The position numbers and the translations under genes are program-made. A stretch of DNA of 42,326 nt from Nemertoderma westbladi (Eukaryota; Animalia; Xenacoelomorpha). The DNA lies in the NCBI GenBank assembly GCA_032718475.1, contig JAUCBJ010001364.1, positions 1-42,326 of the forward strand, written 5' to 3'. The notes beneath the pieces are model-generated. The model was not told where the DNA came from. It was given only the letters and a program-made list of their open reading frames with translations, and ran no database searches. This document shows, in pieces, positions 10,482 through 22,132 of the stretch (positions are counted from its first letter, which is position 1; every line of letters starts with the position of its first letter).

Positions 10482-11679
10482 CACGAAGTGGGGCCTTCGC
10501 GCAGCACGTGACTTAAATTTAATTTAAGTACTAATTCGAAAGTATTACTGTATTAGCAAATTTTAAGCAGATTTCGCCTAATCACTTTTTACCTCTTTCA
10601 TTTCTATTCAGACATTTCTGACTCTAGCGGTATAGTGAGAACTGAAGATGGATTAGGGTCTCCAGCCCCACAAAGACACAGCCTATGGATGAATAGTACA
10701 TACGTACATCGGCCAAGTTTCATCTTGAATAACGGATAACGAAATGAGAGACGGATCTCACTTTCAGAAATTTCGTCGTATAGCGGCAGACCGATTAAAT
10801 CTCCCCCCCCCCCCCCCCCCCCCCACAAAGACGCAGCATGTGGTCCAGAATATATGGCAAGATTCAGCTTAAACTGATTAAAATCAATGAGACGGGAGAA
10901 TCTATTCACTTTCAGGCATAAAGTAGTCCTATAGCGGGTGACTGTTGAACTGATTTTCAACAAAACAAATTTTCAACTTGGCAGCTTTAAATTCGACAAA
11001 GTTATAAGCATGTCAATATCATAACGACGACAACGATTTCACTTTCAGACATTTGGCCCTCTAGCGGCAGACTGGAGAACTGCAGATGGATTCGCCTCCT
11101 TTGAAAGTCACAGCTAATGGTCTAATACATATCTGCCAAGTTTCAGCTTAAACGGATTAAAAGCAAAGAAATGGGAGGGCATTTAATGTTTAGACATGTG
11201 GCCCTCTAGCGGGAGACCATTGCACTGATGGTGTCTGAAAGTCTCTCAAAAATCTCAACTTTAGCTCATATTGATACCTACAAATTTTCAACTTGGCAGC
11301 TTTAAATCCGACAAAGTTATTAGCATGTCAAAATCGTAACGACGACAACGATTTCACTTTCAGACCTTTGGCCCTCTAGCGGCAGACTGGAGAACTGCAG
11401 ATGGATTCGCCTCCTTTGAAAGTCACAGCTAATGGTCTAATACATATCTGCCAAGTTTCAGCTTAAACGGATTAAAGGCAAAGAAATGGGAGGGCATTTA
11501 ATGTTTAGACATGTGGCCCTCTAGCGGGAGACCATTGCACTGATGGTGTCTGAAAGTCTCTCAAAAATCTCAACTTTTGCTCATATTGATACCTACAAAT
11601 TTTCAACTTGGCAGCTTTAAATCCGACAAAGTTATTAGCATGTCAAAATCGTAACGACGACGACAACGACGACGACGAC

Positions 11680-11711
<32 letters not shown>

Positions 11712-11793
11712 CGACAACTATTTGCATAAATTGACCCACCCCCTAACAGTGTCAATTCGCTAAGGCTCCGCCAACTTCGTGGCTCGCCCCACA
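10482..11793. mobile_element. Non-autonomous Helentron-like (HINE/DINE-1-type) element with internal tandem repeats
   Basis: Subterminal inverted repeat CACGAAGT (10482) / ACTTCGTG (11774), terminal hairpin GTGGCTCGCCCCAC, ~150-170-bp monomers forming a near-identical 315-bp dimer (starts 10966, 11280, 11595) and a (GAC)n microsatellite. Confidence 0.6.
11654..11718 (+). repeat. (GAC)n microsatellite
   Basis: Directly visible expansion of the ACGACGACAACG segment of the 315-bp unit. Confidence 0.95.
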
Positions 11794-12252
11794 AACAGGC
11801 CAATAGCTGAATAGCAAATTAATGAAATTATCCCATAACCTTTTCTGCTGTTGGCTTGGATCCATACTGCCATACCTTCCAGCCTTCTGAATAAATGTTT
11901 GACTAAAAAATAAAATAGGGGGTAGGTTTTCAGTTTCAGTTCAAATAGTACAGTTGTAGTAGTTCTGTAGTTATACATTGCTGCATTTATAGTGTAGTGC
12001 AGTAGTCTAGTTCCGGTATGCTCTGATACGCCCTGACAGGCAGAGGACAGCCTGCTGACGCCGTCCCGTAGCCCGTAGGCGTACCTATCACTGCTGGCTG
12101 CTGCTGTAATGCAGTAATGTACCAGTCTGCAGTCTGCCAGTACCACCCCACCCCCCAGCCCCCCACCTACCTTGCTTAGGCCTACCAATAAGTTGATAAG
12201 ACAGTACTACCGGTACACCTGAACTACTTCAGTACCTGCTTCATACTTCCTA

Positions 12253-13650
12253 ATGGCGAGGAATGGCCCTAGCAAACCGTTCGTCTGCAACTTAAAAGGA
12301 TGTTCCAATCGATTCACCACGGAAGATCATCTCTCCTCGCATCGTTTCATCCACCACTCAAAACGATTGCATGTGAAAACGGCCGCTGCGACGGGTAGCA
12401 ACTCTACTGGCGGCACTACCGTTACCGACTGGAGCAGTCTGACAGTGCCGACTGACCAGACACCAACGCCTACCCGTTTCCTCCCACCTGATCTGGTTGC
12501 CGGGGATATTCCGGAATTATTCCGGGATATTATCGATACTGACGAGCCCGGCAATGTTTTTGACTATGCTTTCCGTGACGCCAATACATCCAATAGACCC
12601 CGCCTAAAAACAGCGATTAAATCGAACCAATCAGACACACTACAAACTCCTACCATCGATAAAGTTAGAACTCCATCCGGATTCAATCCCCTTCCTATAA
12701 AAAAACAACATTCCTCTACCGGTACTGGTACCGGTACATATAATAATAATAATAGGCAGAGTTTAAATTCTCATCCGTTAGGCCTCTTAGCATTAACGGG
12801 GTCCCCAGACAGACCCCCAAGTAGCGACTACACGGTGTCCAGCACATCAGGCAGTAGTAGCAGCGGAGCCTCTACTGCCCGTACCGGTACTAGTAGACGC
12901 AGCGTCATATCCTACATAAAATCCCCGGAGAAAGAGAAACCAAACTTCTTCCCGTCGGTAGATCCCCAACCCCCATCGCAATTGGGTGTGCCCAGTCCCC
13001 CTGTTATATACCGCATCGGCAACCAAGATTATGTGTTGGCTACCGTACCAGTGGGGCCCAAACACAATCCAACTCAGAAACAAATTATAGACCAGACAAT
13101 TTACTCAAAAACGTTACAGACAAATAATATTATTGCACCAACAGCTTCTTTATCAGGTCCGCCTGTGGTTGAAATAGACCAAAATATATATAAACTCGTT
13201 GAAAATGAACCGATTGTATCTATTGAACCGGTTCAAGTTGAACCAAATTCCGAATCGGTGCAAATAGAACCAAATTCCGAATCGGTGCAAATTGAACCAA
13301 ATTCCGAATCGGTGCAAATTGAACCAAAAGAGATTCAAAATGAACTGAACATCCCGCCTGTTCAAATAGAATCAAACTCCATTCCCTCCTCCAATCTAAA
13401 CGAAGCGAAATTCAAACTGAAACAGCGACTAATATCGGCTGGACGTTTGGAAGAGTCACCGATCCTTCGGGAGGAGTTGATATCCTCATCGACGTCGATA
13501 AAACGCGAGTCGACGGGAGGACGGGATCAGTTCCTGGAACGGAACCGGTTGGCCGCGATGCGATGCCGAAAACGGAAGAAAGAGAAACTCGACGGCCTCC
13601 AAATGCGATCTGATTCGTTATCGTCATCGAATGCGGCGTTACACGCCGAG
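12253..13650 (+). CDS. ATF2: ATF2/ATF7/CREB5-family bZIP transcription factor, coding exon 1
   Basis: N-terminal C2H2 finger KPFVCNLKGCSNRFTTEDHLSSHRFIH, the MAPK phospho-motif DQTPTPTRFL, basic region FLERNRLAAMRCRKRKK, and a phase-0 donor GAG|GTAATA at 13650/13651. Confidence 0.93.
13234..13328 (+). repeat. In-frame 27-bp coding repeat (QIEPNSESV x ~3.5)
   Basis: CAAATTGAACCAAATTCCGAATCGGTG units starting at 13234, 13261, 13288 and a partial unit at 13315. Confidence 0.95.
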
Positions 13651-14302
13651 GTAATAATTAATAGTCGATAAATATATTAATTTATTAATATTTTAGGGTC
13701 AAAAAAGTTATTGCACCTTTATTGTCTGCAAGACGAACTCCAAAACGGAACTCAATATCCAATAGGCCTATCAGCCTATTGGTTTATGTTATTAAGCGAC
13801 TCTAGTTACGTAATGAATATTCTAGAACACTAAATTATTTAGCATTGAGTAAGGCAGCATCAGGAGTTAGAGAGTACAGTAATTTGAATCGCAGTAACTA
13901 TGGAAGCAATATAGTAAAATACTGCAGTTCAATTTATTTTGTAACACTAGGCCTATCGCTATTCGCTTTATTAAAGAATTAAGCAACAAAAAAGTATCAA
14001 TTTAAGAATAAAATTACGTATTACATGGGGAAAAAAACGTAGAACATTTTATTTCAATATTCTCTCTTCAACCCTTTTTATCGCTGGCGCTCGGTAAATA
14101 AAATAACTCGAGAATAGTGAGAAAAGGTTCTACTTTTTCCCCCAATTAATAAATAATTATAGAGTATCATACCAATATTTTAACATTATGATTTTTTCAT
14201 ATAAAATTAAATTTAAGAAAATCTTAGATTGACTTGGGTTTGGGAACAGCTTTAATTAATTAGGGTTGTGTCCGACACTAAACTGTAACCAACTAAATCA
14301 CG

Positions 14303-14587
14303 AGTTCCACCTTGGTGTAGTGGTTGCATTGAATTCACATCTCCTGTAGGTCGTGGGTTCGATCCTCACATGGGTCAGGGCAGTTTTCGTTTCGGCACGA
14401 ATGCTTTAAAGGGACCAGCCAGGGCGCATCTCTGCCTTGCATCCATAAGTGGTAGCTAAATGAGTACTGGAGTTTCCTCTGGGGAGTAAAGTTCTGGGGG
14501 GACCGCACTGGAAATAAGTCGTCAGACATTGTGCGTAATCCCTGGCCTAGTGGCCGAAGATAATTTACTTTACTTTTACTTTCTTTA
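14303..14587 (+). mobile_element. tRNA-derived SINE, probably with a Meta-domain-like core, in the ATF2 intron
   Basis: A box TGGTGTAGTGG (14313), B box GGTTCGATCC (14356), central CTCTGCCTTGCATCC...TAAATGAGTAC resembling the MetaSINE core as I recall it, and a (TTTAC)n tail. Confidence 0.8.
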
Positions 14588-14667
14588 AATCCCAAATATA
14601 ATAGTCCCAAATCGTCATAAATTAACTCGGATTTAAAATTCGTTTTTTTTTTTATAATAAATTCCAG

Positions 14668-14874
14668 GTAAATTCATTGAGGGAGGAAGTCGCTAAACTC
14701 AAATCAATGTTACTCGAGCACAAAGATTGTCCGGTAACGAGACAGTCCGTCTATAAACACCAACGACTGGACCCCACCTACATTATACTGGGAGGCGACG
14801 CGATGCTCCCCGCTACAAACAAACCCGCCCAATACGCGTTGATCGCCCCGAAGTCGCATCCCGAACATTCCTAA
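14668..14874 (+). CDS. ATF2: ATF2-family gene, coding exon 2 (end of leucine zipper)
   Basis: Poly-T tract and TTCCAG| acceptor; VNSLREEVAKLKSMLLEHKDCPVT matches the ATF2 zipper end (LLLAHKDCPVT) and is in frame with exon 1. Joined protein is 534 aa. Confidence 0.93.
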   Translation, partial: VNSLREEVAKLKSMLLEHKDCPVTRQSVYKHQRLDPTYIILGGDAMLPATNKPAQYALIAPKSHPEHS

Positions 14875-16481
14875 TAGTTTATAACATCAGTCTACGCCTC
14901 ATATTTATTTATTATTATTGAGTTTGTTTACAATTAATTCGAGGAGCTTTCTCTTCCATTTATTTATAAGGCTGAATCCTGAGATTTCGTGTAGCGAACG
15001 AGCGCAGCGAGGGAGGTTTACATAAATATACGAGGGTCTTTATCTCCCTTTTTTTCTAATATTGTTAGATTATGTCAACTTATCGGCGTTCTGGACACTT
15101 AATTATTAGCTGTAATTGAAATGTTTAGGAATATTAATGAAATTCATTTAAGTTTTAAGTAACTAATTGCAGTTTCTGCAGTACGTTAAATATTCGTACA
15201 TTTAACTTCAACGTTTATCATCAACGTAGATTATATAAGTTTATTGTTACTACGTTAGTGATTACTTCGCACTTTGGTTCAGCCACAATGCTCCCGGTGT
15301 GTGTTCCAGAACGTTTTGACTCTATGGGGGGGCGAGCCATGATTCTAGGTGCTCCCTATCTATATCTTAACAATACTGAGGATTTCTAATATTACCATAT
15401 GATATCATTTAATCGTCATAAATTCCTGGTGGAATTCTAAAACTGGATAAAATACAGTGTGAACAAATTGCAATAAAGTTGAATGGGTATTTTTAATTCA
15501 ACTCACAACCAAATACCTCCAATAATTATAATTCGTATTCTATTCAGCAGTCCATTTGATTACAAAGTACAGCTGTAAGGCTCAACTATGGAAACATCAA
15601 ACGGATGTATCGACTGTAATATTTGAACCGCCAAAAATTGGTCTGTCTTCAATTTAATCTATCGTATTTTTCGTACCCGAACTGAAAATATAGAAAAAAA
15701 TATATGGGAAGCAAAATCTACACGAAAAATCATGACAAATCTTGAAAAGCGAATCAGAAGCGTTGTTAACTTTATTTTTACAAAGAATTCTGAAAATCTA
15801 ATAATATTTTATGGTTCGGATATGGAAACAGTTAAATAAATTGAGTTGATATTCGGCCCTCCCCATAACTACACCGTACAGTCTGTGTTATATTTTTAAG
15901 TTGTCTAAATTTCGAGTAATTTTTTAGTTAGTTTTTTTTATTTTAAGTGTTTCCTTTGTGCTACCTCACGTAATAAAAAATATTTAATTTGCATTTCATG
16001 TATTTATTTATTTATTACCAATGGAATAAACTAGTTTTCTTAATAATCTATTATATTTTATCCATAAATTAACACTTTATAACTAAAAGCTGCGGTCCCA
16101 ACACTCATATTTTGGGAGCGGTGCAGAAGTATAAAATTATAGGCAAGTAAATTTGTTGAAAACAATATGGCCTCAACCACAAGTACTAAATATTGAATTA
16201 ATAAATCATTATATTGTAATTAATATCCAGTAATAAATTTATTTTATTGAGGCGGAGGCATTTATCCAACGGATTACCTTGATCTAAATGATCGATAAAA
16301 TTAATATAAATAAAATAAATAAATAATCTACATTTAATAAAATTGTAATTTAAAAGTTTGTCAGTTAGCTTTAAAACGGTTGTAAAAATACATCGTTTGC
16401 TAGTTAGAGGGATTCCAGATGCGAAAGCTAATCTCAAGAGTATTGGGCTGAAATGCATTTAATTGAGAGCAGATCAAGGCA

Positions 16482-16832
16482 TGTCACCACAGAGACGGCA
16501 AAAACAGAATTCAGACGGCCGCCAGCAGGCGTTATCGCCACAGAGACGGCACAACAGGATTCAGACGGCCGGCAGCAGGCGTTGTCGCCACAGAGACAGC
16601 ACAAACAGGATTCAGTCGGCCGCCAGCAGGCGTTGTCGCCACAGAGACGACACAAACAGGATTCAGTCGGCCGCCAGCAGGCGTTGTCGCCACAGAGACA
16701 GCACAAACAGGATTCAGTCGGCCGCCAGCAGGCGTTGTCGCCACAGAGACGGCACAACAGGATTCAGACGGCCGCCAGCAGGCGTTGTCGCCACAGAGAC
16801 GACACAAACAGGATTCAGTCGGCCGCCAGCAG
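16482..16832. repeat. 50/51-bp GC-rich minisatellite, about 7 copies
   Basis: Unit TGTCGCCACAGAGACAGCACAAACAGGATTCAGTCGGCCGCCAGCAGGCGT. Confidence 0.95.
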
Positions 16833-16990
16833 TTTGCCGAACAAACCTTGTGGTCGAAGTCGCTTGATAAGAACTGGGCTGCCATTCTACGGCGTCTTCC
16901 TTCGCGGTACCTTAGGGGGGGGGGGGGGTATACCCCCACTTTAAGTCTAAGTGGGAGTGGCCGGGGTTGTCAATGTGTGGGGTAGACAAT

Positions 16991-17600
16991 TCCCAGGTAG
17001 TTAAACTTATTCACAAATTCTACCGGCTGACCCTTGTAGAAGAGTTTATCATACTGGGAGAGACGGCCTAAGTTTATAGCTTTTGTATTAAGCAGGTTAA
17101 TAACGAGGTCATTTTTGTCACAATACTCTTGCAAGTTTGTTTAACCCAGATTGGACCTCCTGAATTGAGTTACCATAGACAGCGAGGTCGTCAGCGTATA
17201 ACAAGACATATATGCTAATACCACCGAATATGGTCGGGAGATCACATATAAAAAGGCTGAACAACAATGGTGAAAGCTTGTCGTCACCTTGGATAACACC
17301 GATCAGCGAGGTGATGGCATCGGAGAGAATTGTTTAAACACAGATGCGAATATAATTTATTGTTATTAACGCCCAGATGGCAGCCATGAACTTTCGGCTA
17401 ACTCCGAGCAGTGATAATTTAGAACATAAATATTCCCGATTAATAGAGTCGAATGCCTTGGAGAAGTCAATCAAGACGCAATATACTTTGCCTCCTTGTG
17501 TCTATAGAGCAGAGTTAATGTAGTTGTACAGAGTTTTGGCGGCCATGAGTGTTGTCCTTCCCTTTTGGAAGCCATGCTGTTCGTTTGGGATAGTTTGTTG
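16991..17600 (-). pseudogene. Decayed non-LTR (LINE) reverse transcriptase fragment
   Basis: Hand translation gives EQHGFQKGRTT, VLIDFSKAFDSINR, GVIQGD..LSPLLFSLFI, LLYADDL and VEFVNKFNYLG, with stops and a frameshift. Confidence 0.9.
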
Positions 17601-17796
17601 AATCGTTCCGCCCAGCAATAGAGTCTCTAATTCAAGTCAATAATTTATTTCATTACAATGATACTAATATTTCATCACTCTAAAATAAAGTGATATAAAG
17701 TTTCCCAAAACTCATTTCATACTTTTTTTTTGTTTTGTTTGTTTTGTTTTGTTGGTACTTTGTTTTGTCCTGCTTATAATACCCATGGATATAAAG

Positions 17797-18634
17797 GGAT
17801 AGATCTTTTTACAGACCACAAACGAACACAGTAGAACACTCCCGAACACACTCCAAAAACTGCAAAACACAGACGAAAATAGAAAGAGCACAAAAAAATA
17901 ACACCGGGTACCAACTTTTAGATAAAATGAGCCACGCGTTGCTTTTCTATAAGAGTATTCCCGAAATTATTGATTAAAATTGTCGCGAAATTAAATTGTC
18001 TAGCCTAAGCCGACAACAACTAAATAATTTAACATAGTACCGGTATTAGCCCTACTGTAAGTTAAGAGTGGTTAGCACTGGGACAGAGATCCCTACCGGT
18101 ACCTGCCAGGGTAGGTACCTAACCGGGACCCAGCTCTTTATATTGCAGTGCAGCAGTAGACAGGTAGGTACCGGTGCCGGTATCTATGTTGTACCGACGT
18201 GTTGTACCGTACGTCATGTCCAGTACGTACGGTTACGGGCCTAACTTCCTAATTCATATCCTCAGCCATCAGTCCCAGACCAAGCTATTCCAGTACACAG
18301 GCAAACAGGCCTATTAGCTAAACCGCTATTACAGTACTACTGTATATATGTAACAGGTTAGGCTTCCCTACATAGTTTGTTATACAGTACACCGGTACAC
18401 AACAAATGATAGGCCTACCTGATAAGAAATTAATATTTAATTTCGCGGAAATTTTATTCAATAATTTAGGGAATTTTCTTATAGAAAAGAAACGCGTGTA
18501 TAATTTTATCTAAAAGTTGGTAGCCGGAGTTATTTTTTTGTGTTCTTTCTATTTTCGACTGTGTTCGGCAGTTTTTGGAGTGTGTTCGGGTGTGTTCTTG
18601 TGTGTTCGCTTGTGTTCTGTAAAAAGAACTATCC
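17797..18634. mobile_element. MITE with ~200-bp imperfect terminal inverted repeats
   Basis: 17797-17996 (GGATAGATCTTTTTACAG...) is the imperfect reverse complement of 18435-18634 (...CTGTAAAAAGAACTATCC). Confidence 0.88.
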
Positions 18635-18642
18635 GGTATTAA

Positions 18643-18748
18643 GCCTCTATATACTGTATGAGTTGTTGGGGCTGGGAACGTAGCCTTCTATATACTGTAT
18701 GAGTTGCTGGGGCTGGGAACGTAGCCTTATATATACTGTATGAGTTGT
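18643..18748. repeat. ~41-bp tandem repeat, 2.6 copies
   Basis: Units of GCCT(T)CTATATACTGTATGAGTTG(C/T)TGGGGCTGGGAACGTA. Confidence 0.9.
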
Positions 18749-18899
18749 CCTACTAACTTTTTAAGACGGGAATTTTATTTGTTGAGGCTATTCCAGCTGG
18801 TAAATTTCGTACAAAATTCTGGAACATTAGGCCTATATTAGTTATGTGTCTGCGGGGTCCCATTCACAGTACAAGCTAGCCGATTCCTCATAAACGATA

Positions 18900-18969
18900 C
18901 TAATGTAGGGCGAGCCACGAAAGTAAAATCTTTAAGTATGCAACAGACTGGTGAGCCGACGAGGAAATA
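18900..18969 (-). CDS. Putative terminal exon of the unknown minus-strand gene (ISSSAHQSVAYLKILLSWLALH*)
   Basis: Strong acceptor CTGTTTTTACAG|, phase 2 matching the previous exon, and a downstream AATAAA on the minus strand near 18774-18779. Confidence 0.5.
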
Positions 18970-19115
18970 CTGTAAAAACAGTGATTGAGAAAGTTGCGTG
19001 AAATGTATATACTGTATATTGCTAGAATATTGTGTATTATTTAATACTAAATGTCTATATATACCGCGGTAATAATCACCAATTTCTACTAATGTCTATA
19101 TATATTAATTCTCAC

Positions 19116-19380
19116 CTAATTTTACTAATGTCTCCTCCATATTCCTCCATTTCATCCGAGAGACTATCTACTCTCTTTTCCCTCTCCAATAGGAATCTAA
19201 AAGTATTCATTTCCGCCTCCAGTTCTTTAGACGTCTGCAAGATGGCGTCTCCTACCCGCTGTAACCTCTCTTCTACGTCTGCTGTGATCAGGTCCGCCAT
19301 TGATTTATTTCTTTCAGCTAGTCCGCACTCAGGACTCAACAAATGATTTGGGAGAGAATTTATCAGTCTGTCCGAAATAT
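19116..19380 (-). CDS. Exon of unknown helical/coiled-coil protein (ISDRLINSLP...EEYGGDISKI)
   Basis: TTTTTAG| acceptor, AG|GTGAG donor, open frame, phases 1/2. Confidence 0.8.
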
Positions 19381-20087
19381 CTAAAAAGCATAAATAAAGT
19401 TACTGATTTAATCGAATTATTTGATTTGTTAAAACGGCTCATTTTATTTTGCACGGAATTTAATTATATGCAAATAAATTTAGAAATTAATATTGTAGGT
19501 TACATTAACGCAGCGACTCAAATCCGTATTCACCAGTGTAACAGTAGCAAGACGAACATAAAAGCTCATCTTGAGCAGACTGTATTATCACGGATGTCTT
19601 TAATAGTGAAGTGGTTGGGGTCAACTACTGCACCTTTAACGTCATTCCCTTAGAATAAATATGTATTTGTGTATATGAGTTTGTATTATTGATTTCTATA
19701 ATGCCACAGTTTATGTAGTTCAATCTAAATATATACATACGTACAGTAGGTTTACATTGCGTCAAATTAATAACTTTCGGAGCTGTAACTTTAACATCAA
19801 ACACATATACTTTAACAACTTACAGCTTTAAATTCCAATGACTGCAACACAATGGTATATTAGAAGCCCATGTTATATGCAACATTGTTTTTGTTTCCCA
19901 AATAACAATAGTTCACTGTTCATAAAATCTGTCAACCCGGAAATACAAAGAAGAAAAGCCGAGATGCTCTATGATCTAATAGTAAATACCAATCATCAAA
20001 CCAATTTCAATGTGACGTTCCTCGATAATACCTGCCAAGTTTGCTCGGTTATTACTCTCAGGTACGAAGGATAGCTAGTAACTAAAC

Positions 20088-20177
20088 CTTGCGCCATGCG
20101 TTCAAAACCCAGCACCACCCTGCAGGCACCGGGGATTACATGTGCTGGAAACTTCCAACATAGAACTATATCAGACA
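20088..20177 (-). CDS. Putative symmetric exon of the unknown gene (SDIVLCWKFPAHVIPGACRVVLGFERMAQ)
   Basis: CCCCAG| acceptor, AAG|GTTTAG donor, phases 1/1. Confidence 0.55.
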
Positions 20178-20430
20178 CTGGGGTGTGGAAACACTAGTTA
20201 GCCATTGAAATACATAAAACTTTTACTATAAAATAAATAATACTGTTATTTGTCTAGTCATCTTGGCAGGGATTTATAAATCGGCACACATATTGCCCCC
20301 ATCCTAACCATTGCTATTTTTCACTAAAACTCATCCCATGAACTGTCGCAGCGGGTCTAAGATAGGCAGTATTGAGTACTGCATAATCTTATTTTGTCCC
20401 GCGTTTAGGTAGGTAGGGGTGCGTTTAAGT

Positions 20431-22132
20431 AGGTAGGGGTGGGCGCTACTCCTATCTGCTACCCGAGGGTAGGGGTGGGCGCTACTCCTATCTGCTACCC
20501 GAAGGTAGGGGTGGGCGCTGCTCCTATCTGCTACCCGAAGGTAGGGGTGGGCGCTACTCCTATCTGCTACCCGAAGGTAGGGGTGGGTGCTGCTCCTATC
20601 TGCTACCCGAAGGTATGGGTGGCTGCTACTCCTATCTGCTACCAGAAGGTAGGCGTGGGCACTACTCCTATCTGCTACCCGAAGGTAGGGGTGGGCGCTA
20701 CTCCTATCTGCTACCCGAAGGTAGGGGTGGGCGCTGCTCCTATCTGCTACCCGAGGGTAGGGGTGGGCGCTACTCCTATCTGCTACCCGAAGGTATGGGT
20801 GGCTGCTACTCCTATCTGCTACCAGAAGGTAGGCGTGGGCACTACTCCTATCTGCTACCCGAAGGTAGGGGTGGGCGCTACTCCTATCTGCTACCCGAAG
20901 GTAGGGGTGGGCGCTGCTCCTATCTGCTACCCGAGGGTAGGGGTGGGCGCTACTCCTATCTGCTACCCGAAGGTAGGGGTGGGTGCTGCTCCTATCTGCT
21001 ACCCGAAGGTAGGGGGTGGCTGCTACTCCTATCTGCTACCAGAAGGTAGGGGTGGGCGCTACTCCTATCTGCTACCCGAAGGTAGGGGTGGGCGCTACTC
21101 CTATCTGCTACCCGAAGGTAGGGGTGGCTGCTACTCCTATCTGCTACACGAAGGTAGGGGTGGGTGCTACTCCTATCTGCTACACGAAAGTAGGGGTGGG
21201 CGCTACTCCTATCTGCTACCCGAAGGTAGGGGTGGGCGCTACTCCTATCTGCTACCCGAAGGTAGGGGTGGGCGCTACTCCTATCTGTTACCCGAAGGTA
21301 GGGGTGGGCGCTACTCCTATCTGCTACCAGAAGGTAGGGGTGGGCACTACTCCTATCTGCTACCCGAAGGTAGGGGTGGGCGCTACTCCTATCTGCTACC
21401 CGAAGGTAGGGGTGGGCGCTACTCCTTTCTGCTACCCGAAGGTAGGGGTGGGCGCTACTCCTATCTGCTACCCGAAGGTAGGGGTGGGCGCTACTCCTAT
21501 CTGCTACCCGAAGGTAGGGGTGGGCGCTACTCCTTTCTGCTACCCGAAGGTAGGGGTGGGCGCTACTCCTATCTGCTACCCGAAGGTAGGGGTGGGCACT
21601 ACTCATATCTGTTACACGAAGGTAGGGGAGGGCGCTGCTCCTATCTGTTACACGAAGGTAGGGGTGGGTGCTACTCCTATCTGCTACACGAAGGTAGGGG
21701 TGGACGCTACTCCTATCTGCTACCCGAGGGTAGGGGTAGGCGCTACTCCTATCTGCTACCCGAAGGTAGGGGTGGGGGCTACTCCTATCTGTTACCCGAA
21801 GGTAGGGTTGGGCGCTACTCCTATCTGCTTCCCGAATGTAGGGGTGGGCGCTACTCCTATCTGTTACACGAAGGTAGGGGTGGGTGCTACTCGTATCTGC
21901 TACACGAAGGTAGGGTTGGGCGCTACTCCTATCTGCTACCCGAAGGTAGGGGTGGCTGCTACTCCTATCTGTTACCCGAAGGTAGGGTTGGGCGCTACTC
22001 CTATCTGCTTCCCGAATGTAGGGGTGGGCGCTACTCCTATCTGCTACCCGAAGGTAGGGGTGGCTGCTACTCCTATCTGCTACCCGAAGGTAGGAGTGGG
22101 CGCTACTCCTATCTGCTACCCGAAGGTAGCAG
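20431..22132. repeat. 36-bp minisatellite, about 47 copies
   Basis: Unit AGGTAGGGGTGGGCGCTACTCCTATCTGCTACCCGA, with a 180-bp higher-order duplication at 20581-20940. Confidence 0.98.

Noticed and set aside
11603-11803. Poly-Arg protamine-like ORF
   Set aside because: Reverse translation of the (GAC)n microsatellite.
14303-14380. Functional tRNA gene
   Set aside because: A and B boxes are present, but there is no convincing acceptor stem or Pol III terminator, and the sequence continues into a SINE body and tail.
16434-16985. Cys-rich and Gln/Arg-rich ORFs
   Set aside because: Translations of the 50/51-bp minisatellite, with frame-breaking unit lengths.
20431-22132. CRISPR-like array (36-bp hairpin repeats)
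   Set aside because: The units are contiguous with no unique spacers, there are no cas genes, and the context is eukaryotic. The same applies to the 51-bp and 22-bp arrays.
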